Below, one piece after another: positions 1 through 13,300 of a stretch of 64,000 nt of DNA. How positions within the stretch are numbered: position 1 is the first letter of the stretch; the number at the start of each line of letters is the position of its first letter. The DNA is taken from contig OZ024741.1 in NCBI GenBank assembly GCA_964016885.1, positions 132,060,001 to 132,124,000 of the forward strand. The letters are read 5' to 3'. The notes below the pieces were generated by a model. It was not told the DNA's origin. It saw only the letters and a list, made by a program, of their open reading frames with translations, and did no database searches. The stretch comes from Eledone cirrhosa. Taxonomy: Eukaryota. A program made the translations under genes and the position numbers.

Positions 1-570
1 GTGTATGTATGTGTGTATGTATGTATGTATGTATGTATGTATGTATGTATGTATGTGTGTATGGATGTATTTATGTCTGTATGTATGTGTGTATGCATGT
101 ATGTATTTATGTATGTATGTATGTATGTATGTATGTGTGTATGGATGTATTTATGTCTGTATGTATGTGTGTATGTATGTATATATGAAAGATGTATGTA
201 CGTGTCTATGTATGTATGTATGTGTGTATGTATGTGTGTATGTATGTGTGTATGTATGTATATATGCAAGATGTATGTACGTGTCTATGTATGTATGTAT
301 GTGTGTATGTGTGTATGTATGTGTGTATGTAGGTGTGTATGTATGTATGCATGTATATAAGCAAGATGTATGTACGTGTGTATGTATGTATGTATGAATG
401 TATGTATGTATGTATGTATGTATGTATGTATATGTGTATGTAGGTGTGTATGTATGTATGCATGTATATATGCAAGACGTATGTACGTGTGTATGTATGT
501 ATGTATGTATGTATGTATGTATGTATGTATGTATGTATGTGTATGTATATGTGTATGTATGTGTGTGTAT
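1..570. repeat. (GTAT)n-type degenerate microsatellite
   Basis: Tandem GTAT/GT units; the ORFs here are MYVC repeats. Confidence 0.97.
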
Positions 571-917
571 TCCTGTCTTTTGTTCATGTGACAGACCTGG
601 ATAATGTATTTTTTACTCATTCCTTCTCTCCCCCTTTTTCTCTCCTATGTCTCTCTCTCTATATTGTCTCTCTTTCTCTTCCTTTCATATTCCTACCTCT
701 CAATTTCCTTTGTTTCCCTTTACACACACACTCATATTCACACACACACACACACACATACTTACACACATACACATACATACACACACACTCCCACACA
801 CATACTTACACACACGCACGCACACATACACAGGAGCACGCACACTCACATACACAACAAGTCACTTCACAGGAACACACAACGAACAACACATGATACA
901 GTAATGCATAGAAGCAT

Positions 918-959
<42 letters not shown>

Positions 960-1992
960 CATACACATACACGAAGCCTGCATATTCAAACACGCACTGG
1001 CACAACTCATAAAACGCACACATATATGCACGCATATACACAAATATATACATATGAAATAGACATACACACACACATGCAGATGTAAGCACATGTATAT
1101 AGATACAGGCATACACATACAACACGCAACACATACACATATAGGTATGAGACATTACAAAGCCTTACATGAATAATTCCAGCTTCATCACAACCTCACG
1201 TGCATCACCGACAACACTATCAACAACAACACCACTACTGGCGACAACGCCGACACCACCATCTTCACTACCATCATCACCATCGCCACCAATAACAGCG
1301 AAAACATTGGCACTACCACTAACGCCACTGTCGCTACCTTCGCCACCATTACCAGCGTAACCAGACCAACAAACATCATTCTCACCACCAACACCAACAC
1401 TACAACCACCATCATCCCCCCACCAGAACCCTCTCACCCTCATCTACATCATCACTTCCGCCATCTCAATATAGACCTCCACCGCTGCCATCATCTCCTC
1501 CACCGTCCCAGCATCACAACAAATACCACCACACCGCCATCAACAACACAACCATCATCACAACTACCAGCCCAAGCCATCCGAACACACTTCATTCCAT
1601 CATGATCATCCACCATCAACCCCCCCCCCCCCCCCAATCAGTCAAAACAACGACCACCACCATCACCGCCACCACAAATGCCATCACAATAAACAACAGC
1701 CTCCCCACCACCCTCCTAGGCCAACCTAACACACACTAACACCTCACCATCGTTCACCATCACACCCCCATCTCAACAAACACCATCAAAACAATGGCCA
1801 CCACCATCATCACCACCACCAATACCATCACAAGCATCACTAGCCTCACCACTTCACCTTTACCCTCTCCTAAACCATCTCTCCCACCATCACTCCCACC
1901 ATCAAAATAAAGGCTACCACCGACATCATCAACACCTACCCCTCAAACGCCATACCCAAACCCCTACCACTTTCTAGGTCTCCCTATTCACA

Positions 1993-2025
<33 letters not shown>

Positions 2026-2337
2026 TTCTCTCTCTCCCTCTCTCTTCCTCTCTCTCTCCATCTATCTATCTAGCTATCTATCTCCTTTCATTCACAGTCT
2101 TAACATCCGGATTCACTGAAACAAATGTTGAGCAATGTTGATAATATGAAATTGTCTTTGACACGGTTATTCATGTGTGCGTGTATGGGAGGAGGGGTGG
2201 GGTGGGCTTGGGGGGGGGGGGGGTAGCTCGCGTGCGAGTTCGTGTGTGTGTGTGCATTTACCTGAGTGTTTGTATGTGTGCACAAGTGTCCGTGAAAGAG
2301 CAAGAGATCAATCAATAGATAGACAGACATTCAAACA

Positions 2338-2655
<318 letters not shown>

Positions 2656-2839
2656 AATATTGGGCGTTTTGGAAACCTCAACAATGCAGATGGGTAAATC
2701 TCCGGGTAACAGAATCCAGTGTTGAATACAGAGATGTAATGAAATGTAGAATGAGATGTATAGTGTGTAGAGGAACGTAGGAAAGAGCGTAAAAAATAAA
2801 AATAATAACACGAGATAGAGTTACCTTTGGAAAAATTTA

Positions 2840-3790
2840 ATTGTCCCTATATTTCGGATTTCGCATCCATTAACTGGGGGTTTTCCGGGAGGGAAAGTTA
2901 TCTGTCGGAGAGGAACGGTACGTGGCCTCTGTTGTCCGCCGTTTGTGTGTAACTGAGATATTCTGTAGAGCGCGCGTGCGCGCGGAATAGGTGCGGTCAA
3001 GCAAAGGTCGAGGCAGTTCCTTTTTATTGTGGGAGTGGGATGGTGCTAGCTGTCAATCCATTGTACTACCTATATGTACTAGTCTTTGTTACTGGCAGTG
3101 TAGTAGTCTGTCTGGTCACTTGTTGGTCGGTGGATGGTGGGGGCGCTATACACACAATAACAATCGTTCGAATGCCACTGTGTGTGTGTGCGCGTGTGTT
3201 GTTGTCTCGTTTGTTTACACCAGCCACCTCGTCTCGCTTCTCTCGGATCGTTTATTTATTCGAGGTCATAGACGTTTGATCCAAAGTGCTTCCTTGATTC
3301 GTAACGTGCCGACGTTGTGTTCTGTCGCTAGCACTGTGACAATGGGCCATCCGTCTTTGTTTCCGTATTTGGTTATGTGTTTCCGGAAAGACGAGGCTCT
3401 GGTGTTGATGTGCTCCTTGATCCGAATATGTATCGGCCGGATTGTGCTACCGATATAGTAGTGGTTGCACTTGTCACATTCTACCCTGTACACAACGTAT
3501 GTACGTAAGCAACAGTTCGTATGGCGCAAGAGGGTACATCACGAACAAGATCACGCGAATTAAAAACAGATATAGCGATCCCGTGAGTGGTGTCACCCAT
3601 ACCTGGGCGAGAAAACCACCAACGCTATCCACAGGGCTATCCAGAGAGCCTCGACATCCACCAGGCCCACTCGTGCCCCTCCTTGCGGATATGCCTCTCG
3701 AGGAAACCCGGGAAATCGACTGACGCGTGTTCCCTCAGAAACTATCCGATGCGCCATACGAACTGTTGCTTACGCACATACGTTGTATAT
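2840..3790 (-). mobile_element. 5'-truncated PLE 3' fragment (GIY-YIG endonuclease) with short 5' inversion
   Basis: ORF 3266..3529(-) reads VVYRVECDKCNHYYIGSTIRPIHIRIKEH...EALWIK. 3491-3528 is inverted at about 3750-3787. Decayed hammerhead-like GGAU-GCGAA-AUCC-GAAA at about 2844-2878(-). Confidence 0.8.
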
Positions 3791-4129
3791 CTGCATTGTT
3801 GGGGCTTCCAAAATGACCCATATTTTTTATTATTCCACAATTCCTCAAGCAAACTTCAATACTCTCTTATATATATACATATTCTTTTGTTAACCTGTTT
3901 AGCTTGCTTCATTTTTTTTTTGGGGGGGGGGGGGCTCCGGTGGCTGATAGCTTCATGACCGCCGTTTTCAGTTTGTCTGGCCTCTATAACGTATGTTAAT
4001 TACTCTGGTCTTCTTTTAGTCCATATCTCGAAAATTGCGTTTCGCTTTGTTTTTTACCACAGCCGAAATACGATCTCGCTGAAATTATATTTGTGTATAT
4101 ATATACATAAACAACTTTATAGATGGAAA

Positions 4130-4546
4130 CATTTTAAATCGTATTTATTTCCTTACAGATGTTTCAAGGGACTTGTACATCCAATAATTGGATATGTTAT
4201 GAAACAATCGTATAATTAATATCTATAAACAAACATTGATATATAGGCATAATTGTGTGTTCCCTCTCTTTAGAAAACAATAAAGTGTCTTAAAAGGAAT
4301 GAGAATGTATCTGAAATAGAACTCGTACCTTAGGCAGGAGGGATGAAGCTACAATACAATCCATTTGTACAGTGTAAAAATTAGTTGCATTTCAGACAAC
4401 TCTGAAGAGAGGGGACGTACAATTATACCTATATATCAATGGCTGTATATAGATATTGATTATGCGAATTGTTTCATAACATTTTAACTAATTGCATGTA
4501 TAACTCCCTTGAAACGTGTTTAAGGAAATAAATATGATTTAAAAGA
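4130..4546. repeat. Imperfect inverted repeat of a PLE-like terminal segment with decayed long-stem-II hammerhead
   Basis: 4130-4275 is the diverged reverse complement of 4400-4546. CTGAAGA-GAGGGG (4402) ... TCCCTT-GAAA (4511). Confidence 0.65.
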
Positions 4547-4751
4547 TATTTTTTCATCCATATACTTGTTTATATTTGCTGTATGTTTATGTCTGCATCT
4601 CCAAATATTTCTCCTAAAAACTTCTTTCTCTTCTAACCCATAATATATAATACGTTGAGCTAATTCTGAAAAGTCGTGGCAATTATATACTATCATATAT
4701 AATTCTCTACTTTTCTTTGAGGTTTGTATATATAGTTTTACCTTTGCTATA

Positions 4752-4840
<89 letters not shown>

Positions 4841-4841
4841 A

Positions 4842-4900
<59 letters not shown>
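4752..4900. repeat. (TAG)n microsatellite
   Basis: About 50 TAG units. Confidence 0.98.
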
Positions 4901-4994
4901 CATATTAAAAGTTCAAGCAATGAATTTCTGATTTTTCCCTAAGCGGCATCATTTGAAATTGTCCTCTTTGGATTTGTTTTGATTTATTATTACT

Positions 4995-5153
4995 GATTAG
5001 CAGTATCGGTAGAGAGTCGGACGCCATGTTTTCCAGCATATAGTTACGCCCCTTTATGGACTGAGTTCAAATCCCGCCGAGGTTAACTTTGCCTTTCATC
5101 CTTACGGGGTCGATAAAATAAAGTAGTAATAATGTACTGAGTAGAAACAATTA
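4995..5153 (+). mobile_element. tRNA-derived SINE (dominant family in this window)
   Basis: Box-B-like GAGTTCAAATCCC, body GCCTTTCATCCTTACGGGGTCGATAAAATAAAGTA; many copies in the window. Confidence 0.85.
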
Positions 5154-5362
5154 TTACTATATATATATGTGTGTGTGTGTGTTAAGTATTTACCTAGAAA
5201 AGGTAAAGGAAAGAAGAGTGCTCTATGTATTGTACAGACTATCATTACATAATAAACAACACAATATAATTATTCCATTACCAAAGGTTTCAGGAAACTA
5301 GGCGATCCTTACAATATATATTTATATATAATAGTATCGCTAAAAAGCTTTCTCCGATATTG

Positions 5363-5404
<42 letters not shown>

Positions 5405-5532
5405 TATGAAATAGTAAGATCTAGGAAAGTTTGGGATGAAGTGATATATATATATAGTGCAAATTTGGACGGGAACGAGACAGAGAGGCAGACAAATAAA
5501 GGTTTATTAGGTTCACGCTCTTGAGAGTGGGG

Positions 5533-5566
5533 GGCGTTTCAGGCATAAGCCCTTCTTCGGGAGAAA
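5533..5566 (-). ncRNA. Decayed minimal hammerhead ribozyme (PLE type)
   Basis: Minus strand CCGAAGA-A-GGGC-TTAT-GCCT-GAAA-CG; core has U4C. Confidence 0.5.
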
Positions 5567-5604
5567 ATAGGTTAGGAAGAGAGTTAGAAAAAAGGAGGAA
5601 GGAG

Positions 5605-5647
<43 letters not shown>

Positions 5648-7839
5648 TAATAAAAACAATGAAATAAAAACAAAGAACAAGTTCCTTATATTAAAAATTC
5701 ATCATTTTACGATCGTTTCTAGGATGTATATGTGTGTTGGTATATATATCATATAGTTCTATGTAAAAATATTACAAATTATCAGAGGAAATATACATAC
5801 CTTCACATATAAATGCTGTCTTAAGAAATGATGAGATTTATTTATTGAAAAAAAACAACAAAGATTTAATATAAAAGGTCTGTTTGGGAACAGGTTTTGA
5901 ATTGACCAATAGAGAAGTAGTTAGAGGTCAAGTTGATAGAATAGTGGTAGTAGAAATTTAATTTAGGTGGAGAGGAGTGCAGACAAATGTTTTGAATGAA
6001 AAGAATGTTTTGAATGAAAAGAATATTTTGGGGATGAAAAGAGGTCAAGCCAGTGAAGGGTACACGAAAATTTGATGTTATTAAAGAATAATGTTAAAAA
6101 CGAAGGAAAATAAAATTTTAGGGTAAGGGTATTAGTAAGAAATACTAATCTTATTTAAACCACAAGGAATCTAGATCTATAACAAGAAATTAAATTAATT
6201 GATAGGTATACTTATAAGGATAAATTTATATTAATTCATATGAATGTGATAAATAAGAATTAGATGTTATTAAAGAGTGCTGTTAAAAAACGAAGGAAAG
6301 TAAAATTTTGCGATAAGGGTAGTAGTGGGAAATACTAATCTTATATAAACTACAAGGAATCTAGATTCATAACAGGAAATTAAATTAATTTATAGGTATA
6401 CTTTTAGGTATTAATTTTAGCAAAAGCGCTGTAAGAGGGAAATAAAATTATGAAGTTCTCTGTAGTAAATTACTAATTATAGGTTAACTAAATTAAAAAA
6501 ACTAATTATAATAATATGTAAAATATAAGTGTAAGGTGTATATTAATTAGGTTTATAATATTTGAAGGTTCTTCTAATTCTATGATTGCAAGATATAATT
6601 AATTTCTGTCGCTTATTTAATAGGATATCCTTAGATTTCATGATTTCAAAAAGTTCCTGGGATCATAACCTACACTCGTATCTGTTATGTTGATAAGGGG
6701 TGGCCCTTTTGAGCACACTTCAGGTCAGGTTGTAATCGCTATTCTTCTTTCTATAATTATTAATTGTTTCAGCCAAGGATATTGTATTAGTTAATGCGGC
6801 CTTTTTAAAACTATGTTTATGGGTATTAAATCTTACTTTAAATTGGTTAGAGGTAGCTCCTATATATGAATAAGTGGAGTCCTTGGTGCTAATTTTACAT
6901 TTATAGACTATGTTATTAATAAGACAACTTCCCTTTAATGGGCAATTTCTTTTGATTCTACAGTTGCAACCATTCGTGAATATTATATCAGGGGAGTTAG
7001 TCAAATTTGGTGTGGAATTTACTCGACTTGTTATAGTTGAAGGAGTTGGTGGTTTGTTGCGGTTTATTTTAGTATTATGGTTGGTTTGATGTGTTGGTAG
7101 TATATTTGTGGGGTTTTTTACATTTATATGCGTTGTACGCACTTATATTTTGTTGTATATTTTTGGTAGTGCAGTAGGAAAATTTGACAGTTGATCTATT
7201 TAAAATTTGATGGTATTTATGGTTTGGCGGGGAGTTTTTCTCTAGGATAGTAAAAAAAATGTTAGGGATATTATCTTTAATTTGTAGATTAAATGGAGCA
7301 TTATACCAAGTAACCCGTCTATTACGGTTTCGATATTGTTTTTTATATTTATACGATGTATCAGGATGTTTACTAAGAGAGTTACTATTAGTGAATGTAT
7401 TATATATAGGTTTAGTTAGATTAACTGATTTAGGTGTTTTAGTCTGATTACTAGGAATTTTGTTAGTAATGTTATTAACGTATATTGGAGTATTAGGATG
7501 AATGGTTTTTGAAAGTTATTATATTTTATGTGAGAAGAGGTAGAGAAATTAAGTTTTAGGTTGGTATTTTTGGGTGTAGTATGAGTGGCATTTAGGTGTG
7601 GGTTTTTCATTTGGTGTTTGTTGGTAATATTGGGTTGTATGTTTGAAGTATTATTGGTCCAAGGTATATAGACTAATTTGTTTTTATGGCCGCTTCTAAC
7701 TAAAGCTTCGCTATAAAAGGGCGCGTTTTTATCGAATACATCCTGGTTAGATGAAAGGTTAGAGATTCTGAGTGAGATATTATATGCTAGGTTTTTAAGG
7801 AATACTGGACCAGAAATACATATAGTAATCTCTTCTACA

Positions 7840-9442
7840 TTACTATGGGCTCTAGTGATTCCGCCCAAATTACCGTTCTTTTGGGCCTCTTTCTTTTATT
7901 TAACATTAATTCATCTTTTCCCCACCTTAAAGGTGGTTTATATCGTGATGACTGTCTTCTTCTTTCCACTAATCTTAGCCTATCAGAAATTGAAAAAATA
8001 AAAAACTTATTAGAACTTTCCTCAAAGACTATTACAGTCTCACTATTACATTTGAAAACACCAGTAAAATAGTCAATTTATTAGATATAACTTTCGACCT
8101 ATCTACGGGTATCTACCAACCTTACTATAAACCTAACCAAAACTTACATTACATACACTCACGATCCAATCACCCTAGATCTATCCTTAAAAACCTAGCA
8201 TATAATATCTCACTCAGAATCTCTAACCTTTCATCTAACCAGGATGTATTCGATAAAAACGCGCCCTTTTATAACGAAGCTTTAGCTAGAAGCGGCCACA
8301 AAAACAAATTAGTTTATATACCTTGCACCAATAATACTTCAAACATACAACCCAATATTACCAACAAACACCAAATGAAAAACCCACACTTAAATGCCAC
8401 TCATACTACACCCAAAAATACCAGCCTAAAACTTTATTTCTCTACCTCTTCTCACATAAAATATAATGACATTCAAAAACCATTCATCCTAATACTCCAA
8501 TATATGTTAACAACATTACTAACAAAATTCCTAGTAATCAGACTAAAACACCTAAATCAGTTAATCTAACTAAACCTATATATAATAAATTCACTAATAG
8601 TAACACTCTGAGTAAACATCCTGATACATCGTATAAATATAAAAAACAATATCGAAACCGTAATAGACGGGTTACTTGGTATAATGCTCCATTTAATCTA
8701 CAAATTAAAGATAATATCCCTAACATTTTTTTTACTATCCTAGAGAAAAACTCCCCGCCAAACCATAAATACCATCAAATTTTAAATAGATCAACTGTCA
8801 AATTTTCCTACTCCACTACCAAAATTATACAACAAAATATAAGTGCGTACAACGCATATAAATGTAAAAAACCCCACAAATATACCACCAACACATCAAA
8901 CCAACCATAATACTAAAATAAACCGCAACAGACCACCATCTCCTTCACCTATAACAAGTCGAGTAAATTCCACACCAAATTTGACTAACTCCCCTGATAT
9001 AATATTCACGAATGGTTGCAACTGTAGAATCAAAAGAAATTGCCCATTAAAGGGAAATTGTCTTATTAATAACATAGTCTATAAATGTAAAATTAGCACT
9101 AAGGACTCCACTTATTCATATATAGGAGCTACCTCTAACCAATTTAAAGTAAGATTTAATACCCACAAACATAGTTTTAAAAATGCCGCATTAGCTAATA
9201 CAACATCCTTGGCTGAAACAATTAATAATTATAGAAAGAAGAATATCGATTACAACCTAACCCGGAGTGTGCTCAAAAGGGCTACCCCTTATCAAAGCAA
9301 CAGATACGAGTGTAGGTTATGATCCCAGGAACTTTTTGAAATCATGAAATCTAAGGATATCCTATTAAATAAGCGACAGGAATTAATTATATCTTGCAAT
9401 CATAGAATTAGAAGAACCTTCAAATATTATAAACCTAATTAA
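7840..9442 (+). pseudogene. Naiad-type PLE ORF remnant (RT 3' part, thumb, GIY-YIG)
   Basis: Several frameshifts. The frame of ORF 8843..9322 continues past TGA 9320-9322 as SQELFEI...LLNKRQELIISCNH to TAA 9440-9442. Confidence 0.85.
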
Positions 9443-10150
9443 TATACACCTTACACTTATATTTTACATATTATTATAATTAGGTTTTTTAATTTAGTTA
9501 ACCTATAATTAGTAATTTACTACAGAGAACTTCATAATTTTATTTCCCTCTTACAGCTCTTTTCCTAAAATTAATACCTAAAAGTATATCTATAAATTAA
9601 TTTAATTTCCTGTTATGAATCTAGATTCCTTGTAGTTTATATAAGATTAGTATTTCCCACTACTACCCTTATCGCAAAATTTTACTTTCCTTCGTTTTTT
9701 AACAGCACTCTTTAATAACATCTAATTCTTATTTATCACATTCATATGAATTAATATAAATTTATCCTTATAAGTATACCTATCAATTAATTTAATTCCT
9801 TGTTATAGATCTAGATTCCTTGTGGTTTAAATAAGATTAGTATTTCTCACTAATACCCCTACCCTAAAATTTTATTTTCCTTCGTTTTTAACATTATTCT
9901 TTAATAACATCAAATTTTCGTGTACCCTTCACTGGCTTGACCTCTTTTCATCCCCAAAGTATTCTTTTCATTCAAAACATTCTTTTCATTCAAAACATAA
10001 GTCTGCACTCCTCTACACCTAAATTAAATTTCTACTACCACTATTCTATCAACTTGACCTCTAACTACTTCTCTATTGGTCATTCAAAACCTGTTCACAA
10101 ACAGACCTTTTATATTAAATTTGTGTTGGTTTTTTTCAATAAATAAATCT

Positions 10151-10284
10151 CATCATTTCTGAAGACAGCATGTATATGTGAAGGTATGTACATTTCCTCT
10201 GATAATTTGTAATATTTTTACATAGATCTATATGATATACATACCAACACACATATACATCCTAGAAACGATCGTAAAATGATG
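10151..10284 (+). ncRNA. Type I hammerhead ribozyme with long stem II (Naiad 3' UTR); mirror copy at about 5700-5832(-)
   Basis: CATCATTT / CTGAAGA (10159-65) / ATGTATATGTG...CACATATACAT / GAAA (10265-68) / CGATCG / TA / AAATGATG. 8-bp stem I, palindromic ACGATCGT. Confidence 0.8.
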
Positions 10285-10466
10285 AATTTTTTAATATAAG
10301 GAACTTGTTCTTTGTTTTTATTTCATTGTTTTTATTAATTTATGTTGACTCTGTTTTCCTATGATTTTCATCGAAAATTTTTGAATGCATCTTCATTTTT
10401 CATATTTGGATTACATTGAGTTCTTCATACGGATTGGACACTACCGTATATTTTGGTAGATTTATC

Positions 10467-10534
<68 letters not shown>

Positions 10535-10635
10535 TATGAAATAGTAAGACCTAGGAAAGTTTGGGATGAAGTGATAAAAGTTGATCAAGCCCAATTAACC
10601 CTCACAAAGGAGATGACACGGAATCGAGATCTCTG

Positions 10636-10792
10636 GTATTAATTTTAGGAAAAGAGCTGTAAGAGGGAAATAAAATTATGAAGTTCTCTGTAGTAAATTA
10701 CTAATTATAGGTTAACTAAATTAAAAAACCTAATTATAATAATATGTAAAATATAAGTGTAAGGTGTATATTAATTAGGTTTATAATATTTG
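10636..10792 (-). mobile_element. Third short fragment of the Naiad 3' region
   Basis: Matches about 6408-6563. Confidence 0.85.
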
Positions 10793-11261
10793 TACTGCAA
10801 AAAATAAACCCCGCCTTCAATTGTACAAATAATGAAACAAACCTTTAGAGGACACTATTCTTCACCAATCTTCTCTTTACCCCTCCCCATTGACCCTCTC
10901 CTGTCATAATAGCCCAGCCTCACCAGCATATTATTATAGACCATGAAAACCTCACTGACCAATCTGTTGGATTAATAAAGTTAACATAATCACTGAATCG
11001 CCATCAGCCAACAACACCAACAGCGCCACCAGATCAATTGAATTTGATAAACAAATTCAACAAAATTGAAAAAGACAGTGAATCATTAAAGACCTAATTA
11101 AACATAACAACCTGTCAAACACTCAAAAACAACAAGATATTGTGGAAGTAAAACAAGCCAATAATAACAAATAAACTGCAAACGTTTGGGCCAACGTTGT
11201 AAAGAATAATATATCCAAATTGGCAATCCCTTCCAGGAAAAAAAGCAAAAAATAAACAGTT

Positions 11262-11346
11262 TTCTTCTTCTTCTTCTTCTTCTTCGCTCACTTATTCCTG
11301 AGAGGCTCGTGGGTGCAGAGTCCTGAAACACTCCTTCCTGAGGGTC
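11262..11346 (-). mobile_element. RTE LINE 3' tip with (GAA)n tail
   Basis: Similar to 31842-31915, the 3' end of the RTE fragment. Confidence 0.6.
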
Positions 11347-11779
11347 CGGTCAAAAATGGAGATAATAAAAGGGATAGAATTGATGAATTCGTTTACAATA
11401 ACAGGTGCAACAATTGTTCATCTACCCACACTATTACAGAAACTGAACCTATGAAAATGATCCTACCACGGCAAAATGCCACAAATGCAACAGAGCCCAC
11501 CCATACAAAAAATACTACTTAACAACACAACAATTATCACGTCAATAAAACAATTTGTTAACAGTAATGTAAGCAATAATAACCGAAAATGAGTTTTAAA
11601 AAAGGGGCTTCAGAAATACAAATTCAAACACTGAAAAATTGATGATGATAATAATAATTGTTACTACTTTAGGTACAAGGCCATCAATTTGAAGAGGAGG
11701 GGAAAGTTGATTAAATCGACCGCAGTACTTACTGGTTTTTCATTCTAACGACCTCGTAAGGATGGTGATAATAATAATA

Positions 11780-13300
11780 ACAATGAACCAAATCAAAATA
11801 TATAACATCAAACTAAACAAGCAGCGTGAACTAATGGAATTGCATTTAAACAACATTTTATCGACAAAATGCAAGACAATAATCGAGAATGTACTTGTTA
11901 CTTATGTCAATCCGAATACACAATAAGGCATAGTGGAGCGAAGAATTAAAAAGAAAAGTGATGTCCTAGTCATTAAGAAAATGAAATACCATCCAACAGA
12001 TTCCAATTATTGAAAGTATAAAGGGTTAAAGAAAAAGTTTAAGAGATAAATAAAGTAAGCTGGGAATGATTTTTGGTCTAACAAAACTAACTTGGAGCCC
12101 ATGGAGCATATATAACTAAATGATGAAACCAAAACCACCCCTAAAACAAATCAAGAGCTATTAATACATGATCACAATAATGAGGTAATCTTAAACAGCA
12201 CCAAATTGTCATCGCTATTTAGCAACTTTTCATTTATAAGAAAGCGTTTAAATATAAGTTTGAAAGTAGTGACAACGGAGTGGAGTTCTAGCTAGATCTT
12301 GTCAACAAAATCTCCATACGGTTTAAATACACAAGTCCTCGATATCCAAAGGGCTAAAAATCTCTGCAGAAGGGCACCCATGTGTCATGACCTGAATGCG
12401 ACCCGGCCCCCTTAGAATATAAGAAGTTAAGAGCCGAAACACTTGCATGAGGGGAGAAAGATCTTCTCTGAAGACCTTCTTCTGTCCAGCTCTCCAGAGA
12501 GTTTCTTACCACTTAATTACAAAGAATTTACCTCTCACTCCAAATATAGCCTTCTCTCTTATCATTGACAATTATTGAATAAGAGCTATAAGTTAAAGAT
12601 GAGTTAAATGAGGAAACGGTCACAGGCCCAGATGGAAATCTAATCTAATCATAAATTAATGCGGCGTGCAATACAAAAATACTGCTGAATATATTTAATA
12701 GTATACCGTATTTCCCGGCGTCGAATACGCTACTTTTTCCCTTAAGTCTCAAAAATCTACCATGCGTCCTGGAGGCCGAAGGTTGTTTATTATATTTTTT
12801 TCAAATTTTGGGTTGTCAAAATTAGGGTGCGCTCTCGGGGACGAAGCGTCTTCGGCGCCGGGAAATACGGTAATTAAATTTCAACAAGATCCAGATACAT
12901 GGAAATTTACCCATACGTTAGTAATACCAAAACCGAATTAAGACAATTACCATTCTACCAGATCATGTCATTTTAGCAAAGACAAAGAACATTTTCCCCA
13001 AATCTCTGAGAAACAACTGAGTATTGTGTACATTAAATACCCACATTTATGGGAAATTCTTGAAAATCTTGAAATAAATCAACCAGCTTGATCTCATTAG
13101 ATATAAAGGGGGCTTACGACACTCTAATTAAAATATTATACCATGAAGGTCCAAACTATATTTGCAACTCGATTGATCGCCTTATCACCAATCGTAGTAC
13201 AAGACTGATTCTGGGAAATGAGAAAAACTAAATTATTTACTTTTAGAAGTCTGTAGTCACACCCATTCTCTTTCTATTTTACACAACATATCTGCTGTAT
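11780..13300 (+). pseudogene. Highly decayed APE/RT LINE remnant
   Basis: Scattered motifs only (GPDG at about 12626, VIPKP at about 12921); no intact frame. Confidence 0.35.
12706..12870. mobile_element. Tc1/mariner-pogo-type MITE
   Basis: 26-bp TIR CCGTATTTCCCGGCGTCGAATACGCT (2 mismatches), flanked by TA on both sides. Confidence 0.9.

Larger units (their letters stand above)
5642..10343. mobile_element. Naiad-type PLE, 5'-truncated, arranged as a 4.7-kb fold-back (arms about 5642-7801 and 8184-10343)
   Basis: Plus strand: TMGSSDSAQI...GLYRDDCL (RT), SNHPRSILKNL, RRVTWYNAPFN, CNCRIKRNCPLKGNCLINNIVYKC...YIGATSNQFKVRFNTH (GIY-YIG). The left arm is the reverse complement with scattered substitutions. 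Confidence 0.9.

Noticed and set aside
1-1160. Many overlapping ORFs (MYVC/HTYI repeats); likewise 14173-15119, 52285-52519 and 54790-55762
   Set aside because: Stop-free translations of microsatellites, not genes.
1165-1960. Thr/Pro-rich mucin-like coding sequence
   Set aside because: Degenerate (CAC/ACC)n low-complexity DNA with stops in all frames.
4520-4908. Poly-Tyr / poly-Ser ORFs
   Set aside because: Translation of (TAG)n.
6720-6722. Second in-frame TGA in the Naiad left arm as selenocysteine
   Set aside because: It aligns to a position expected to be Trp and the other arm has CGG; ordinary decay.
9443-10470. SECIS candidates (ATGA at about 9615 and 9746)
   Set aside because: No properly spaced AA loop plus GA quartet could be built by eye; needs SECISearch.
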